Below, one piece after another: positions 42,161 through 50,618 of a DNA stretch of 64,000 bases (the first letter of the stretch is position 1; each line of letters opens with the position of its first letter). The position numbers were made by a program, and so were the translations under genes. Where the stretch lies: the NCBI GenBank assembly GCA_965219415.1, contig CBDCNP010000002.1, positions 1 through 64,000 of the forward strand, written 5' to 3'. This stretch comes from Candidatus Marinacidobacterales bacterium (lineage in GTDB: Bacteria > Acidobacteriota > Vicinamibacteria > Marinacidobacterales > DATDRI01). A model generated the notes under the pieces. It made no database searches. It was given only the letters and a program-made list of their open reading frames with translations, and was not told where the DNA came from.

Positions 42161-43558
42161 ATGACGCGGGAGCTATGTCGCCTCGGGGTTCGCGCGTTGA
42201 CGACACGCTACCGAGAGCGGAGTCTCTCGCCGACTGAGGTCGTGGAGGCGGTCGCCCAGCGGATCGACCGGATCGAACCCACCCTCAACTCCTTTGTCGC
42301 GCTCGTCCTCGACAAGGCTCGAGAAGAGGCGAAGGTCCTCACCGAAGAGCTGGCTCGAGGCGCCAGCCGGAGCGCCTTGCACGGGATTCCCATCGCGCTC
42401 AAGGAGCTCTTCCACGTCGAAGGCGTCCCGACCTCTTATGGGTCTGCATTAATGAAGATAGTGCCGGATCAGGACGCGGCGTCGGTGCGCCGTCTTCGTG
42501 CGGCCGGTGCCATCGTCGTCGGCCTAACCCGCTCCCACGAATGGGGTTGGGGCATTACCACGCAACACCCAGATGGCGGCGGCACACGGAATCCCTGGAA
42601 TCCCGCTCGGGTGCCAGGCGGCTCCAGCGGGGGCTCCGCCGCAGCGGTCGCAGCCGGGCTCGTCCCTTTAGCGCTGGGAACCGATACCGGAGGATCCGTC
42701 CGCCAACCCGCGAGCTACTGTGGGGTCGTCGGCTTCAAGCCCACCTACAATCGTATTAGTCGCGACGGCGTCCTACCCCTCTCCCCGTCCTTCGACCATG
42801 TTGGGATCATGGCTCGGAATGCCGAGGACGCTGCGATCGCGTTGTCCGTACTCGCCGGCGACGTTCCGGAATTGCCTGAACGGCCTGAACTGGCGGTTCG
42901 CGGTCTCCGCGTCGGCCTCGCTCCGGATTTGAACCTCCTCGAGCTCAAGCCGGAATACGCGACCACGTTGGATCACGTGATCCAGATCCTCGCCAAGGAG
43001 GGCGCCCAGCTCACCGAGCGGCGCGGACTCGATCCCGATGACGTGCTCGCCACCTACCTCACCATACAAATGGCCGAAGGGTACGAGGTGCACCACCACC
43101 GGCTTGAGACCTACCCCCAAAGAGCCGCCGACTACTCAGCGCGCATCCGTGCGCGGCTCGAAGAGGCTCGAGAGATCGACCCATCTCGTATCTCGGAAGC
43201 CCGCGCCAACGTCCCGCGGATCCGGAAACAGTTCGAGGCGTTCTTCGAAGACATCGACGTCCTCTTGACGCCCATTGCTGCCGCCGGGCCCTCCCTCGTC
43301 TCAAAGCCAGACACCGTTACACACCGAGGCGTCGAGGTGCCGTTCCGCGATTTGGCGACGCACTACGTGATCCATCAAAACCTCACCGGCTTTCCGGCCA
43401 TCACCTTCCGGGCCGGCTTCGATGATGAGCGTGTTCCGATCGGTGTTCAGCTGACGGCTCTTCCGGAAAAGGAGAACCTACTCCTCCAGCTGGCTGGGAA
43501 GCTCGAAGGAATGCTCGGCAGTGACGAAGGCAACTGGCCGCCGCTCCAAAATGAATGA
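42161..43558 (+). CDS. Amidase-signature family enzyme
   Basis: LHGIPIALK, GGSSGGSAAAV, GTDTGGSVRQP. Confidence 0.92.
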   Translation: MTRELCRLGVRALTTRYRERSLSPTEVVEAVAQRIDRIEPTLNSFVALVLDKAREEAKVLTEELARGASRSALHGIPIALKELFHVEGVPTSYGSALMKIVPDQDAASVRRLRAAGAIVVGLTRSHEWGWGITTQHPDGGGTRNPWNPARVPGGSSGGSAAAVAAGLVPLALGTDTGGSVRQPASYCGVVGFKPTYNRISRDGVLPLSPSFDHVGIMARNAEDAAIALSVLAGDVPELPERPELAVRGLRVGLAPDLNLLELKPEYATTLDHVIQILAKEGAQLTERRGLDPDDVLATYLTIQMAEGYEVHHHRLETYPQRAADYSARIRARLEEAREIDPSRISEARANVPRIRKQFEAFFEDIDVLLTPIAAAGPSLVSKPDTVTHRGVEVPFRDLATHYVIHQNLTGFPAITFRAGFDDERVPIGVQLTALPEKENLLLQLAGKLEGMLGSDEGNWPPLQNE

Positions 43559-43612
43559 GTCAGCAGTCTTCCATGCCGAGCAGCGATCTGCTATTCTTCC
43601 GCTTCCGTCCTC

Positions 43613-44635
43613 ATGAACGCTTTGGTCGCGGCTCTCGTCCTTCTCGGAGCGCAGGGCACCGAGGAACCTACGCATCGATGGTACCGCGGCAATACGCACG
43701 TCCACACCGATCGAAGCGACGGCAACGCGTCGCCTGAAGTCGTTGCCGAGTGGTACCAGCGGCTCGGCTTTCACTTCATCGTCATCACCGATCACAACCA
43801 AATGACACCCGTGTCGGAGCTGAACGCCCGCCTCGGAACACCTGGCGAGTTTTTGGTGATCGCCGGTGAGGAGGTCTCCGCATCTCACGAGGGGCGACCG
43901 GTGCATCTGAACGGCCTTGCGATCTCCAACGCCGTGGCGCCGGTGTCGGGAACCTCGGTACGCGATGTCATCGACGCCAACGCACGCGCCATTCGCCGCC
44001 AGGACGGTATCCCGCAGCTCAACCACCCCAACTTGGGTTGGTTCATGACCGTCGAGGCACTGGTCGCCACTCGGACGATCCGCCATTTGGAGATCGTGAA
44101 CGCTCACCCGGTCAACAACTCCTGGGGAGGAGGCGGCGCCCCTTCCGCCGAGGCGCTCTGGGATGCGCGGCTCTCGGAAGGGCGGGTGTTCTACGGGATC
44201 GCCTCCGACGACGCGCACGACTACGAGTCCTTCGCCCCCATGACGACCGATCGAGGCCCCAGCGCCAGCGCGAATCCTGGCCGTGCCTGGATCTTGGTGC
44301 GCGCACCCGCCCTCACCGCCGATGCGAATGCCGCGTCGATCGAGGCCGGCAGTTTCTACGCCAGCACCGGCGTCGAGTTCCTGGCGTACGAGAGCGATTC
44401 GCACGGCATTCGCCTCCGTCTGCCGAAGAGCTATCGTTACAAAGTGGCGGTACCCGGCGGACTCCGCTACCGCACGTTTTTCATTGGACTGAACGGCGAG
44501 GTGCTAAAAAAGGACGACACCGTGCAGCCGGTCTATCTTTTCGATGGGAGCGAGCGTTACGTTAGGGTGCGAGTCGAAGCATCCGACGGCACCCTGGCCT
44601 GGACGCAGCCCGTTTTTTCCACGAACCCCAAGTAA
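43613..44635 (+). CDS. PHP-domain metallohydrolase (CehA/McbA-like)
   Basis: GNTHVHT, ITDHN, LNHP, SDDAH. Confidence 0.85.
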   Translation: MNALVAALVLLGAQGTEEPTHRWYRGNTHVHTDRSDGNASPEVVAEWYQRLGFHFIVITDHNQMTPVSELNARLGTPGEFLVIAGEEVSASHEGRPVHLNGLAISNAVAPVSGTSVRDVIDANARAIRRQDGIPQLNHPNLGWFMTVEALVATRTIRHLEIVNAHPVNNSWGGGGAPSAEALWDARLSEGRVFYGIASDDAHDYESFAPMTTDRGPSASANPGRAWILVRAPALTADANAASIEAGSFYASTGVEFLAYESDSHGIRLRLPKSYRYKVAVPGGLRYRTFFIGLNGEVLKKDDTVQPVYLFDGSERYVRVRVEASDGTLAWTQPVFSTNPK

Positions 44636-45805
44636 TGACGTCCCTCGACTCAGGAAAAGAAAAGATCGCCTGGACCGGCTCCCACCTGCCGATGCTGCGA
44701 GACATCCGGGACGAGTTTGCCACAACACGTCCTTTCGACGGCCTAACGATTGGCATCTGCCTCCACCTCGAACCCAAGACCGCCGTTCTCTGCTCTGTGT
44801 TGTCGGCGGGTGGCGCTACCGTCGCCATCACAGGAAGCCCAAGAACAACCCAAGCCGATGTGGCTACGGCCCTGGCCGAGTCCGGGCATCACGTCTACCA
44901 TGACCAAACCCGCGGGGCCCATAGCCACGACGATAACATCCATCGCGTTCTGTCCCATCAACCGAACCTGCTGCTCGACAACGGCGCCGATCTGGTGGCG
45001 GCGTGGATTGAGACCGCGTCCGAGGCCCGGCTCCTGGGTGGGAACGGAGGAAACGACGACCGGCGCGAACCGCTTGCGAGAGGAGCTCGCCAGCCGCGTC
45101 GAATTCCCGGTGATCGTGATCAACGACAGTCCATTGAAACGAATCATCGAGAATGAGCATGGCGTGGGCCAGACCGTGGTCGAGGCGTTCATGCGGGTCA
45201 CGAACCTCATGGTGCCGGCAAAACGTTTCGTGGTGTTTGGATACGGTTGGTGCGGCCGCGGCATCGCGCGCACGTTGAAGCGGCTGGGGGGGCAAGTCGC
45301 GGTGGTCGAGCCCGATGCGGCCAAGGCGCTAGAGGCGGCGCTGGACGGCATGATCGTGCGAGAGGCAGAAAAGCTCCTTGGATGGGCGACCGTCCTCATT
45401 ACCGCGACTGGAAGACCCGGCGTGCTCGAGGTCGCGGACTTCGAAAAAATGGCGAACGGAGCGATTTTGGCCAACGCCGGCCACTTCAGTTGGGAGATCG
45501 ACGTAGAAGGTTTGAGGGCGTCCGCGAAGGAAACGACGCACATGGGAGAGTCGATCGCGGAGTTCGAGCTTGCCGACGGCAAGCGGCTTTCGCTCCTAAC
45601 CGGCGGCGAGATGGTCAACCTCGCGGGTGGGGGTGGAAATCCTGCCGAGACGATGGACATGGGGCTGAGCCTTCAGGCCCGTTCACTGGAGCTGGTGGCC
45701 CGACAGGATCCGACGCTCCGCCCGGGGCCGCAGCCCGTGCCGAGTGAAGTCAATGAACGGGTCGCCAAGCTTATGCTCCGGAAGCTTCGAGAACCCACCG
45801 AGTAA
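44635..45805 (+). pseudogene. ahcY: Adenosylhomocysteinase-like protein, frameshifted near 45040
   Basis: CLHLEPKT and DNGADL in one frame; EETTTG, GYGWCGRG, NAGHF and VNLA in the next. Confidence 0.8.
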
Positions 45806-45950
45806 CATCGTTAGCCATCCCCGGACGTCGTTCGCATGAGCGGCGGTCTTCAGGCTGCAGCGGTCGGCTTGTCCTCTACAACCATCGACAACTCCGATTC
45901 CCTCTTAGAGCTTGGTAGCACGGCCCCGCCCTCGGGGCCCCACTTTTCTA

Positions 45951-45979
45951 TTGACATTTCCGCGACCGAGCGGTATTTA
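45951..45979 (+). promoter_or_regulatory. Sigma70-like promoter
   Basis: TTGACA-N17-TATTTA. Confidence 0.65.
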
Positions 45980-45985
45980 GCAGAC

Positions 45986-46335
45986 TAGCATTCCGCGATG
46001 GCACGCAGGTGCTACCGCGAACCGGAAAGGAGACACCTTGTGACTCCACCTGGCCATTCGGGGCCTTCAAAAGGCTGAGTCCGGTCGCACGGAACACGCG
46101 AATCCGGTCGCTTTTTTGAAGGTTGGCTTACGAGACCGTTTCGACTTAGGCCCGGCCTACGAACGTGTCCTCAGATCGTTGACCCGGGTGGGTGCCACCG
46201 ATTGGGTGCCCCCCAGTCCGATGGGGTCCGGCTTCCACAAGCCTTGGGGTCGGTTCTTCTAGTCACCCACTCCTTGGGTTGCTTCCCAAGCAGCCTGAAA
46301 AGGCGGGGTGTGCACGTGGCTCGCTCCGCCTTTTC
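45986..46335 (+). ncRNA. Candidate structured non-coding RNA of unknown family, ~350 nt
   Basis: At least 8 consecutive stem-loops between a promoter and a terminator, with no credible long ORF. Confidence 0.55.
46297..46335 (+). terminator. Intrinsic terminator-like hairpin
   Basis: GAAAAGGCGGGGTG-N11-CGCTCCGCCTTTTC. Confidence 0.65.
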
Positions 46336-46350
46336 GCATCCGGCCTGCCC

Positions 46351-46379
46351 TTGCACGCTTCCCTCCGCACGATTAAGAT
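46351..46379 (+). promoter_or_regulatory. Sigma70-like promoter for the methyltransferase gene
   Basis: TTGCAC-N17-TAAGAT. Confidence 0.45.
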
Positions 46380-46475
46380 GCGACTCACGTTTGAATGCGC
46401 TGTATCAACTCCCGGGGCGAGCACCGCCACACCTTGGTCAGCCGAAATCGTCAACCGTGTTGGGGGTCAGCAACT

Positions 46476-47504
46476 ATGCCAGAACTCGATCCATCCAAAA
46501 TCATGCAAGTCGGCCTCGGTTACTGGGGCTCGAAATCTCTACTGAGCGCCGTGGAACTCGGCCTCTTCACCGAACTCGCGCGTCAACCGATGACCGGAAA
46601 GCAACTCGAGACGAAGCTGGGGCTTCACCCGCGCGCCACCTATGATTTCCTCGACGCGCTCTTAGCCATGGGCTTCCTGCGGCGGGAAGGAGACGGTGCG
46701 GGCGCCGTCTACCGCAACACCAACGAGACCGAGGCTTTCTTGGATCGAGAATCCCCTCGCTACATCGGCGGCATCCTCGAAATGACCAACGCGCGCCAGT
46801 TCGCTATCTGGAACGACCTCACCGAGGGGCTGCGCACCGGGAAGCCGCAAAACGAGGTGAAGCACACCGGCGAGTCCATCTTCCAGAAACTCTATGCTGA
46901 TCCTGCGGAGCTCGAGAGGTTCATGAACGCGATGACCGGCATTTCGATGGGCAACTTTCACGTCTTCGCACAGCAGTTCGATTTTTCGCCTTACAAAACG
47001 ATGTGCGACGCGGGCGGCGCGACAGCCCAGTTGTCGATCATTTGTGCGCAACACAACCCTCACTTGAGTTTCACCAGCTTCGATCTACCGGTGGTGGCAC
47101 CCATTGCGAAAAAGAACATCGACGCCGCCGGATTGAGCGAGCGCATCAAGACCGCCGAAGGTAGCTTCTTCGAAGATCCGCTGCCCCAAGCGGACCTCAT
47201 CACTATGGGACTGATCCTGCACGATTGGAACTTGGAAAAGAAAATGCACCTGATCCGATCGGCCCACGACGCCCTGCTCCCTGGTGGTGCCTTCGTTGTT
47301 ATCGAGAACCTCATCGATGACGCACGGCGAGAAAACGCCTTCGGCCTCTTGATGTCCCTCATGATGTTGCTCGAGTTCGGCGATGCCTTCGACTACAGCG
47401 GCGCCGACTTCGACGGCTGGTGTCGCGAGGTGGGCTTCGAGCGGACCGAGGTACTTCATCTCGCCGGACCGGCGAGCGCCGCGATCGCCTACAAAGCGAA
47501 GTGA
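46476..47504 (+). CDS. SAM-dependent O-methyltransferase with dimerisation domain
   Basis: SAVELGLF, CDAGGATA, FDLP, ILHDW. Confidence 0.9.
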   Translation: MPELDPSKIMQVGLGYWGSKSLLSAVELGLFTELARQPMTGKQLETKLGLHPRATYDFLDALLAMGFLRREGDGAGAVYRNTNETEAFLDRESPRYIGGILEMTNARQFAIWNDLTEGLRTGKPQNEVKHTGESIFQKLYADPAELERFMNAMTGISMGNFHVFAQQFDFSPYKTMCDAGGATAQLSIICAQHNPHLSFTSFDLPVVAPIAKKNIDAAGLSERIKTAEGSFFEDPLPQADLITMGLILHDWNLEKKMHLIRSAHDALLPGGAFVVIENLIDDARRENAFGLLMSLMMLLEFGDAFDYSGADFDGWCREVGFERTEVLHLAGPASAAIAYKAK

Positions 47505-47526
47505 ATCGGCCGAGTTAAATCCTCTG

Positions 47527-48699
47527 TCATGTAGCGGCCGTCCCGACGTCGAAAGCGACGGCGAGACGGTCCGCCACCGCGAGCCCATCGAGTGTCGGCC
47601 GGAGCCAATCTTCGTCGAGCTCGAGGAGTCCGTCGTCAGAGAGCTTCGCCACCAACTCTTCGTTGACCTTCAGAAGGTCGATGTGGAACTGCTCGCGCAC
47701 CCAAGTGAGATCCAAGCCGTCCTTTGTGCGTATGCGGAGCATGACCGCTTCTAAGAGGAAATCCTTGGCGCTCAGCTTCTCCCGTCCCTCGACCGCGCTT
47801 TCTCCTCGGTCGATCTTCTTTTTCCAGTCGAGGAGCAAACGTTCGTTCCAAAAACGGGAGCGACCATCGAAGGAATGCGCCGAGGGCCCCAGACCGAGAT
47901 AAGGGGTGTGATACCAGTATTTCTGGTTGTGGCGCGAGCGGTGCGCTTCGGAGCGGGCGAAGTTGGAGACTTCGTAGCCCTCATAGCCGGCGTCGGCGAG
48001 AAACTCGTGGGTGAGACGAAAGAGCTCCGCCTGTCTGTCCTCCGAAGCCTCCATGACCTCCCCTCCCCTCTTCCTCCGTCCAAAGAGGGTCTCGTCGTGA
48101 ATCGTCAGCTGGTAGCACGACAGATGATCGGGCGCTAGAGCGACGGCCGCCTCGAGCTCTTTTCGCCAATCGGAGACCTCCTGGCCTGGACGGCCGTAGA
48201 TTAGATCGAGCGAAAGCTCGTCAAAACCAGCCTTGCGAGCAAGTGCAACGCTACGGCCAACGTCCTCAACGGTATGGTGTCGACCGAGCCACCGAAGCGC
48301 TTCGTCGTCCATTGCCTGAACGCCGAGCGAGAGGGTTCGTATGCCGAGCTCGTGCCAGACGGAGAGCGAAGAACGCTTTACGTCTTCGGGATTGGCCTCC
48401 AGAAACCACCGGCAAACGGGATCTAGCCAACCCTTATCGGCGATGGCCTCTGCGATCTCGGACAGACCCTCCGCGTGGAGGAACGATGGGGTACCGCCTC
48501 CGAAGTACACGGTGTCGAAGCCTCGAATTTCCCCATCCGAGAGCTCGATCTCCCTCAACAAATGTGAGACGAATCGCTCCTGCCTCGAGCGGTCTCCCGT
48601 CAGCACCGCGAAATCGCAGTAGGGACAGATCGAAGAGCAGAAGGGAATGTGAACGTAGAGTCCAGGCTTACTCGACTTGGAAGACCGATCAGGAGTCAT
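47527..48699 (-). CDS. hemW: Radical SAM heme chaperone HemW
   Basis: LYVHIPFCSSICPYCDF, YFGGGTPS, YEVSNFA, HNQKYW; directly downstream of lepA. Confidence 0.92.
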   Translation of the reverse strand: MTPDRSSKSSKPGLYVHIPFCSSICPYCDFAVLTGDRSRQERFVSHLLREIELSDGEIRGFDTVYFGGGTPSFLHAEGLSEIAEAIADKGWLDPVCRWFLEANPEDVKRSSLSVWHELGIRTLSLGVQAMDDEALRWLGRHHTVEDVGRSVALARKAGFDELSLDLIYGRPGQEVSDWRKELEAAVALAPDHLSCYQLTIHDETLFGRRKRGGEVMEASEDRQAELFRLTHEFLADAGYEGYEVSNFARSEAHRSRHNQKYWYHTPYLGLGPSAHSFDGRSRFWNERLLLDWKKKIDRGESAVEGREKLSAKDFLLEAVMLRIRTKDGLDLTWVREQFHIDLLKVNEELVAKLSDDGLLELDEDWLRPTLDGLAVADRLAVAFDVGTAAT

Positions 48700-50491
48700 C
48701 CGTCTTGAGGACGGCAACGAAGGCCGCTTGAGGAATCTCGACCGCACCCACCATCTTCATGCGCCTCTTCCCTTCCTTTTGCTTCTCGAGGAGCTTGCGC
48801 TTGCGGGTGATGTCTCCGCCGTAGCACCGGGCGGTGACGTCTTTGCGGTAGGCGTTGATGGTGGTGCGCGCGATGATATCACCTCCGATAGCACCCTGAA
48901 TGGCTATTTTGAACTGCTGCTTGGGTATAGCTTCCGCGAGACGCTCACAGTAGTGAAGCGCCCGCGGACGGGCCTTGTCCACGTGTACGAGCTGCGAGAG
49001 GGCATCGACACTCTCGCCGTTGACGAGAATATCCACCTTGGCAATCTTCGTCTCACGATAGTCGAGCATCTCGTAATCGAAGGAACCATAGCCCTGAGTG
49101 ACGGTCTTCAGGCGGTCATAGAAGTCGAAGAGCACCTCGGCCAAAGGCAGCTCCGACGTGAGCTCCACCCTCCCCACCGCGAGGTAGTGGAACGTCGTAT
49201 TCACACCGCGCCGCTCACGGCAAAGCTCCATGACGACCCCTAAGTACTTCTCGGGCATCATCACCGAAGCCTTGATGTAAGGCTCCTCGGACTTGATGAC
49301 ATGCATCGGATCTGGGAAGCGGCTCGGGTTGTCTACCATCACCACACCTTCCTTCTCGAGGGTGACGCGGTACTTAACCGACGGAGCGGAGAGCAGCAAG
49401 GAGAGGCCGTACTCCCGCTGCAGGCGTTCCTGGATCACATCGAGATGCAAAAGGCCGAGAAAGCCGCAGCGAAAGCCATACCCGAGAGCCGCCGAAGAGT
49501 CCTTCTCATAGGTCAGCGCCGGATCGTTGAGTGTGAGCTTGTCCAGCGCTTTCGTCAGGTCTTCGTAGTCGTCGGTGGACATCGGGTAGATGGAAGAGAA
49601 GACGACCGGCTTGGCTTCCTTGTACCCGGGCAAAGGCTTCAGCGCCGGGTTCTCTTTGTGGGTGATGGTGTCGCCGATGGCAATGTCGTGAACCGCCTTG
49701 ATATTGGCGAGCACGTAACCCACCGCCCCCGCGGAAAGCTCCTCTTGCTTTACCCGCTTGAGCTTGAGCAGCCCCACCTCCTCGACATCGTATTCCTTCC
49801 CACTGTGCATCAACCGTATCGTCTGTCCGGGCTTCACGGTTCCGTGCTCGATGCGGCAATACAAAACCACGCCGCGATAGACGTCGTACTGCGCGTCGAA
49901 GATGAGCGCCTGTAGCGGAGCCTCGGGATCGCCGGTGGGAGCGGGTAGCCTGTCGACGATGGCCTCCAGAAGCTCGTCGATGCCCTGGCCCAGTTTGGCC
50001 GAAACGGGAATCGCTTCCAGCGCATCGAGCCCCAAATCCGTTTCAATTTCCTCTTGGACTCTGTCGATGTCGGCCGCAGGGAGATCGATCTTATTGATGA
50101 CCGGAAGCAAAGCGAGATCGTGCTCCATCGCCAGATAGAGGTTTGCCACCGTCTGGGCCTCGACACCTTGAGCGGCGTCCACCACGATGAGCGCCCCATC
50201 GCTGGACATCAAGGAGCGGCGCACTTCGTGCGAGAAGTCCACGTGGCCAGGAGTATCGATGAGATTGAGTTGGTACTCGCGACCATCCTTCGCCTCATAG
50301 TGAAGGCTGACGGTGTTGCTTTTAATCGTTATCCCCCTCTCGCGCTCCAAATCCATGGAGTCCAGGAGCTGGTCGCGGAACTCCCGGTCGGAGACCCCTC
50401 CACACCGCTGGATGAGGCGGTCGGCGAGGGTGGATTTCCCGTGATCGATGTGGGCGATGATGCAGAAGTTACGAATTTGCGTTAGCGACAT
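48689..50491 (-). CDS. lepA: Elongation factor 4 (LepA)
   Basis: IRNFCIIAHIDHGKSTLADR, GFLGLLH, CYGGDITRKRKLLEKQKEGK. Confidence 0.98.
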   Translation of the reverse strand: MSLTQIRNFCIIAHIDHGKSTLADRLIQRCGGVSDREFRDQLLDSMDLERERGITIKSNTVSLHYEAKDGREYQLNLIDTPGHVDFSHEVRRSLMSSDGALIVVDAAQGVEAQTVANLYLAMEHDLALLPVINKIDLPAADIDRVQEEIETDLGLDALEAIPVSAKLGQGIDELLEAIVDRLPAPTGDPEAPLQALIFDAQYDVYRGVVLYCRIEHGTVKPGQTIRLMHSGKEYDVEEVGLLKLKRVKQEELSAGAVGYVLANIKAVHDIAIGDTITHKENPALKPLPGYKEAKPVVFSSIYPMSTDDYEDLTKALDKLTLNDPALTYEKDSSAALGYGFRCGFLGLLHLDVIQERLQREYGLSLLLSAPSVKYRVTLEKEGVVMVDNPSRFPDPMHVIKSEEPYIKASVMMPEKYLGVVMELCRERRGVNTTFHYLAVGRVELTSELPLAEVLFDFYDRLKTVTQGYGSFDYEMLDYRETKIAKVDILVNGESVDALSQLVHVDKARPRALHYCERLAEAIPKQQFKIAIQGAIGGDIIARTTINAYRKDVTARCYGGDITRKRKLLEKQKEGKRRMKMVGAVEIPQAAFVAVLKTDDS

Positions 50492-50618
50492 AGGTTTAGA
50501 CGGTTTTTAAATGGCACAAACGCTATAGTTTAGCACGCTTTTTCAGGGGGTGTGGCGAGACCAGAGTGCGCACCGCTAGCGCCCCGCCCGTCACGCCAGT
50601 TAGAATTCCGGCAAAGTA

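Noticed and set aside
45797-45806. ACCGAGTAAC at the ahcY-like stop (also CCGAGTAAC near 35632) as extra repeat copies
   Set aside because: Only one GTAAC box and no palindromic centre; both lie in coding sequence and are probably chance matches.
45999-46014. Sigma-54 promoter TGGCACGCAGGTGCTA
   Set aside because: GG-to-GC spacing is 9, not the required 10; it is better explained as a hairpin.
45986-46335. tmRNA, RNase P RNA, SRP RNA, tRNA or SAM/SAH/cobalamin riboswitch
   Set aside because: I found no tRNA-like ends with a T-loop, no GAGGAAAGTCC, no SRP GGAAGGAAGCAG loop and no recognisable aptamer core on either strand. An Rfam search is still needed.
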